From: Candidatus Latescibacterota bacterium
GTDB taxonomy: Bacteria; Latescibacterota; UBA2968; UBA8231
Assembly (NCBI GenBank): GCA_965205655.1
Contig: CBDBIJ010000092.1
Span: 1-22,017 of the forward strand
Direction of reading: 5' to 3'
DNA: 22,017 bases
Positions 18,102-22,017 of this stretch are shown piece by piece. Made by a program: the position numbers and the translations under genes. Positions within the stretch are counted from its first letter, which is position 1, and the number at the start of each line of letters is the position of its first letter. The notes beneath the pieces are model-generated. The model did no database searches. It was not told the DNA's origin and was given only the letters and a program-made list of their open reading frames with translations.

Positions 18102-18915
18102 GTCAAGTCCCATTTTCAGTTGAAACAGAGCACAGGCTCGGGTGATGTTCTCAGCCCGTCATCGCGAGCTGTTTGATGCCGAGCTCGGTTTGAAGAGCTT
18201 GACGGAGCGTTGACAGGTGGTGGTAGCCCTTGACTCTGCGCAGTCGGTCCTCGATGTCGAGCAGCGCCGTGGCTGCCCAGCGGTGACGCTGCGAGGAGTT
18301 CGTCCAGTGCCGCACGTTGCGCGTGAGCTGGCCCAGGAGGCTGTTGACGTTCTCGATGCAGTTGGTGGTGCGGAAGGAATCCTTGAGCATCGGCATCAGT
18401 CCCAGGCGATGGAGCGTCAGGGTTTCTTCCAGGCCTTCCTCGAGGCTCTTCAGAGCAGATTGGTTCATCAGTTTCAGACCGGGCTTGAGCGCTTTCAGGG
18501 TCGCCTTCGCCTCTTCGTAGGTGGGCTTATTGTAGGCCGCCTCAATCTTGCGACGGACTCGGGCCTGTTCACTTTTCGGCAGGTACGACACGACGTTCTT
18601 GCGCTTGTGATACTGGCAGCGCTGCACACAGGCATGGCCCTTCAGCACCGACATTACCGCCTTGTAGAGGCCCTTGGCGCCGTCGATCAACACCAGCAAC
18701 CCGGCCTCGTATTGCAGGCCCCTGTCGACCAAGTCGGCCAGGAAGCGGCGACAGACGCGCTCGTTCTCGGTGGCGGCCTCCACGAAACCCAGCGGGATCT
18801 TGTGCCCGTCAAGGGTGACGCCCAGAGCGATGATGAGCTCTTCGTCCGCGAAGCTCTTGCCGTCGAGAAACAGCGCCACCAGGTCGTAGCCTTCCAGGGA
18901 GCGCTCCTGGAATTC
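18102..18915 (-). mobile_element. 5'-truncated IS256-family element C, a relative of element B
   Basis: Right end GTCAAGTCCCATTTTCAGTTGAAACA. Transposase remnant 18151-18915 is about 87% identical to B by manual count (about 33 differences in 254 aa). Homology ends abruptly at GAATTC 18910-18915. Confidence 0.92.
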
Positions 18916-19026
18916 GACTGCTCGCAGGACAATCGCGATTGAGCAACCCTCGTTCGTTTTCAAGCGCAGACCGTCCGACGCGACACAGAATCCAACCCTG
19001 TGTCTGTGAATACACCAGCACCACGC

Positions 19027-20295
19027 TCAGCGAGACACAACCCACCACACCACCAGCGTCTCCACGAGTATTCCGACACACATGGCTGTTGCTCCCATGA
19101 CAGCGCCGTGAATGCCCCACATCGGCAGTGTAAGCAGGATTGTCAGGCTGGCGGCGATTCTCGACGGGACGCTGGGAACGAGGGCTTTGGTGCGATGCTC
19201 GGCATAGGCGATGCCGTGCACGTAAGCGCGCGGCGGCATCATCACGGCCAGAGAAGTAAAGATGACGAGGGGAATGAAGCAGGCTTCGGTGATGGCGGCA
19301 TCGAGGCCGATGAGGTTCAGTAGGATGATATCGAGGAGTGGTGTCCAGAAAAACAACACCATGGAGCCAAACGCAAGCAGCCCGCAATAGACGCAGAAGC
19401 GTTTGATGTAACGGCGCGCTTCCGGCTCTTGCGCAAAGGCGGCGGGCAGGCTGCGCAGCTCTATGAGCCAGGCGCACAGAACCGAGGCCAGGGTCTCGGC
19501 GATGACGAGTGAGGCGAGCGCCAGCTGAGGTGCGGGTCCTCGAGCTACGAAGAGGTTGATCAGGGGCCCGCTGCCTGTCTGGACGAGGCTGACAGAGACA
19601 AGTGGCCAGTAGAATTGGTTGATGGAGGAAAGGTTCAGGTCTGCTTCGCTTTTCTGCGGCAGGCGATGTCGCACGACTCTGACGTATCCCCACAAAAGCA
19701 CGGCGGCTTCAGCGATGAAACCGGCGTAGGTCACGAGAGTTGGAAGCAGGATCGGTCGCTGCTGGACGAAGTCCATCTGCAGCAGGACGAACACGGCGGC
19801 AACACTGCTGAGGATACGGGCAAGGGTCGAGGCGCTGGCAACGGTTGTCTGGCGAAACTGAAGCAGCAGGCCGAAGTGGAGGTTCACGAAGCCGCGGACG
19901 AGGGGCAGGGGTACGAGACACAGGAGGGCGAAGCGAACGTTCTCGGCCAGCGGGGCATCGAGCCGGTGCAGGTCCTCGATGAGCCACGTGCCTACCGATG
20001 TCACGGCGACGATGAGGAGGATGCAGCTGACGGCGACGCCGAGTGCCAGCTGGAAAAGCCGGCACAGTCTGAGCGTGCGGCGATCGGACACGAGGATGAG
20101 CCCCATTTGTGACGCCTGATACAGTGCCAAAGAAAACAGAGAGTTCAACCCCCAGGCGACGCCGTAGGCAGCCAATGTGGCCACGGCATCGTGGACACGG
20201 GCCATGCCGCCATTGAGAAACTGCTGACCGATGGGAACGGCGACGCTGACGACTGCCAGCGGCAGAAGGAATGAGACGAGGGGGCGGTAGCTCAC
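19027..20295 (-). CDS. ANKH-like multi-pass membrane transporter (MATE/MOP-related)
   Basis: Highly hydrophobic 422-aa protein. Motifs FLLPL, LAAYG, FYWPL, PLINLFVAR, WLIELR, FWTP and GIHGA are colinear with animal ANKH as I recall its sequence. Confidence 0.8.
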   Translation of the reverse strand: MSYRPLVSFLLPLAVVSVAVPIGQQFLNGGMARVHDAVATLAAYGVAWGLNSLFSLALYQASQMGLILVSDRRTLRLCRLFQLALGVAVSCILLIVAVTSVGTWLIEDLHRLDAPLAENVRFALLCLVPLPLVRGFVNLHFGLLLQFRQTTVASASTLARILSSVAAVFVLLQMDFVQQRPILLPTLVTYAGFIAEAAVLLWGYVRVVRHRLPQKSEADLNLSSINQFYWPLVSVSLVQTGSGPLINLFVARGPAPQLALASLVIAETLASVLCAWLIELRSLPAAFAQEPEARRYIKRFCVYCGLLAFGSMVLFFWTPLLDIILLNLIGLDAAITEACFIPLVIFTSLAVMMPPRAYVHGIAYAEHRTKALVPSVPSRIAASLTILLTLPMWGIHGAVMGATAMCVGILVETLVVWWVVSR

Positions 20296-20314
20296 GTGAT
20301 GGAAGGCGTCGCGG

Positions 20315-21367
20315 TCACTCGGGGTGCCATCGAGTCGCCAGGCGTTGGGTGAGCAGTTGCCGATTCAGGTAAGTACCATTAGTGCGGACGACAACCGGAT
20401 CACTCTCGCCCGGCAGGTACTTCAGGTCAACGAGAAATCTCCCGTAGTTGTCGGTCTTGGAGGTCGAGATGACGACGAATGAGACCTGCGACAGGACGTC
20501 GACGACGAAGTCTTTCGCGTTCTGGCCGGCGAGGGTGCCGAGCTCGGGGGTGTCGATGCCGCGCAGGCGCCAGCGGAGGGGCCAGGTGTGGTGGTCGAGG
20601 CCGCAGTCGGCGACGCCGATGAGGGTATCGCCGTCGACGATGCGGTGGGGCCAGCCGACGTAGGTGTGGCGGCGAGTTTGGGGCGGGCAATTGGTGAACG
20701 TGTAGGTGCCGTCGCGACGTTTCTTCGAGGTGACGAGGAGGTCGGGAGCCGGGTCTTTGAGTCCGATGAGATCGATGTGCTCGGTCATGTGGAAGCCGAG
20801 GTCGACATACAGTGCATCGGATGCGGGGTCGCCGCTGGGGACGATCTGATAGACGTGGAATTCACCGAAGCGGGCGCGAAGGGGGCGGCCGGCGGGAGGA
20901 TCCTGGTCGGGTTGGACGGCGAACGGATGGGTGATGGTGGTGCCGTAGAGGTCGTCGCGGATGGCCTTCTGCAGTTGCCGCAGGCTCCAGCGACCCCGTT
21001 TGGCGGTGCTAAAATAGAAGCGACGTTCATCGCGGCTGGGCCGGTAGATGATTTCTTTGATGTGGGACCAGCCCAATTCTCTCTGCGCAGAGAGAATCGT
21101 TAAGACGCGCCTGAAGCGCAGGATGTGCCACAGGAGAGATTGAGATAAATGTATGTCTTTACTTAGGTTGCCAACGATTTGCCGGCCGTACTCGGCGCGG
21201 GGCTGGCCGTCGATGTGGGAAATTAAGGCGTCGCCGATGTGCCAGTAGGTCTCCACTTTCTCCCACTCGCCGGCTTGGCGGGTGTGGATCCTTCCCTCGG
21301 AGATGATGCCCTGAATCTGTTCGCGGAGGGCGCAGTACTGGGTGGGTGTGAGCTCGGAGGCGGGCAT
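20315..21367 (-). CDS. DUF1016(YhcG) N-terminal domain fused to a thermonuclease (SNase) domain
   Basis: N-terminal: 'YWHIG', 'AEYG..IV.NLSKD', 'LGWSH', 'ERRFY', 'WSLRQL'. C-terminal: 'VDGDT', 'RLRGIDTPE', 'DNYGR', 'LNRQLL'. Confidence 0.88.
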   Translation of the reverse strand: MPASELTPTQYCALREQIQGIISEGRIHTRQAGEWEKVETYWHIGDALISHIDGQPRAEYGRQIVGNLSKDIHLSQSLLWHILRFRRVLTILSAQRELGWSHIKEIIYRPSRDERRFYFSTAKRGRWSLRQLQKAIRDDLYGTTITHPFAVQPDQDPPAGRPLRARFGEFHVYQIVPSGDPASDALYVDLGFHMTEHIDLIGLKDPAPDLLVTSKKRRDGTYTFTNCPPQTRRHTYVGWPHRIVDGDTLIGVADCGLDHHTWPLRWRLRGIDTPELGTLAGQNAKDFVVDVLSQVSFVVISTSKTDNYGRFLVDLKYLPGESDPVVVRTNGTYLNRQLLTQRLATRWHPE

Positions 21368-21421
21368 GTGGCTAAGATAGGCATGGCGGCTGGAGCGGAG
21401 TGGTCCCCATATTCCAACACA

Positions 21422-22017
21422 ATGACCTCTCTGCCGCCAGCGACTCTCCTAGCGCTCGCCACTCTCACCTCGTTCATATTCGGGCAGCTGTTCAAGTGGT
21501 CTCAACGACAGGGTTGTCACGCACTTCTCGTGGTGACGCTCAACTACGTCGTGGTGGCGTTGTTGATCGCACTCTATCTACTGTGGCACGGGGAAGGCGA
21601 GTTTTCTCCCGCCGTGTTGCAAGTCGGAGTGGCGACGGGGTGCAGCTTTATCGTGGCCATGTGGCTGATGACATGGGGCCTGACGGTCTCAGATGTGGCG
21701 ACGATACTCACAGCGTTCCGCCTGGCCATCGTCGTGCCGATTGTCGCGTCAGTCATTCTGTGGCAGGAGGAGGTGACGAGCATTCAGCTCGTGGGCATCA
21801 CTATGGCCCTGGCGGCGCTGTTGTTGATGAGTGGAGGTGCAAGGGCCATCGCGAAGGGGGAGCTGTTCCGACACGGTGGTCTGGCCCTCGCCGTGTGCAC
21901 GATGCAGGGGGTCAGCCACACCAGCGCTCGCTGGGTGCACCACGCCGGACTCGACGATCGTCACTTAGAAGTGCTGCTGACAACCGCGGCGACAGCAGGC
22001 GCTCTGGGAACGCTCGC
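21422..22017 (+). CDS. EamA/DMT-family transporter, runs off the window end
   Basis: Open frame from ATG 21422 (alternative 21383), absent from the ORF track; repeated TM helices, 'NYVV', 'VPIVASVILWQEEVTSIQLVGI'. Confidence 0.85.
   Translation, partial: MTSLPPATLLALATLTSFIFGQLFKWSQRQGCHALLVVTLNYVVVALLIALYLLWHGEGEFSPAVLQVGVATGCSFIVAMWLMTWGLTVSDVATILTAFRLAIVVPIVASVILWQEEVTSIQLVGITMALAALLLMSGGARAIAKGELFRHGGLALAVCTMQGVSHTSARWVHHAGLDDRHLEVLLTTAATAGALGTL

Noticed and set aside
18916..18963. N-terminus 'MKTNEGCSIAIVLRAV' of the 270-aa transposase ORF
   Set aside because: Non-IS flanking sequence read in frame by chance; homology to element B starts at 18915.
18930..19004. Palindrome CAATCGCGATTG and hairpin GACACAG/CTGTGTC downstream of the ANKH-like gene
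   Set aside because: No U-tract and no second copy; too weak to call a terminator or operator.
1..22017. CRISPR array, tRNA/rRNA, integron attC array or prophage genes
   Set aside because: No regularly spaced repeats, RNA-gene signatures or phage hallmark proteins were seen.

Overview
GC-rich bacterial DNA. A 'NYPNPFN...KMLLLK' C-terminal domain suggests an FCB-group lineage such as Latescibacterota (inference). In order, the window holds: (1) a broken membrane-protein gene end and a heterodimeric MdlA/MdlB(YheI/YheH)-type ABC exporter pair, with seven +1 frameshifts all in the first 2.5 kb (probably sequencing error); (2) a CTAG-bounded hairpin element and a possible patatin-gene remnant; (3) a tightly linked four-gene minus-strand operon encoding a phospholipase D, a permuted NlpC/P60 (YiiX/YaeF-type) enzyme, an unknown 235-aa protein and an unknown 445-aa protein with an internal two-fold repeat resembling tandem TULIP/BPI lipid-binding domains. 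Upstream of it are a sigma70-like promoter and two copies of a palindromic motif that recurs 8.7 kb away; (4) an orphan solute-binding protein, MDR dehydrogenase and Hyi-like isomerase cluster; (5) an outer-membrane phospholipase A1; (6) a 6-kb IS pile-up: IS630, an IS256-family element nested in another, a truncated third copy and three damaged host genes; (7) a bacterial protein colinear with animal ANKH, a DUF1016-N/thermonuclease fusion and an EamA transporter cut by the window end. The lipid-enzyme/TULIP-like operon is the best candidate for an undescribed system. All family calls come from motif recognition by eye; no searches were run.
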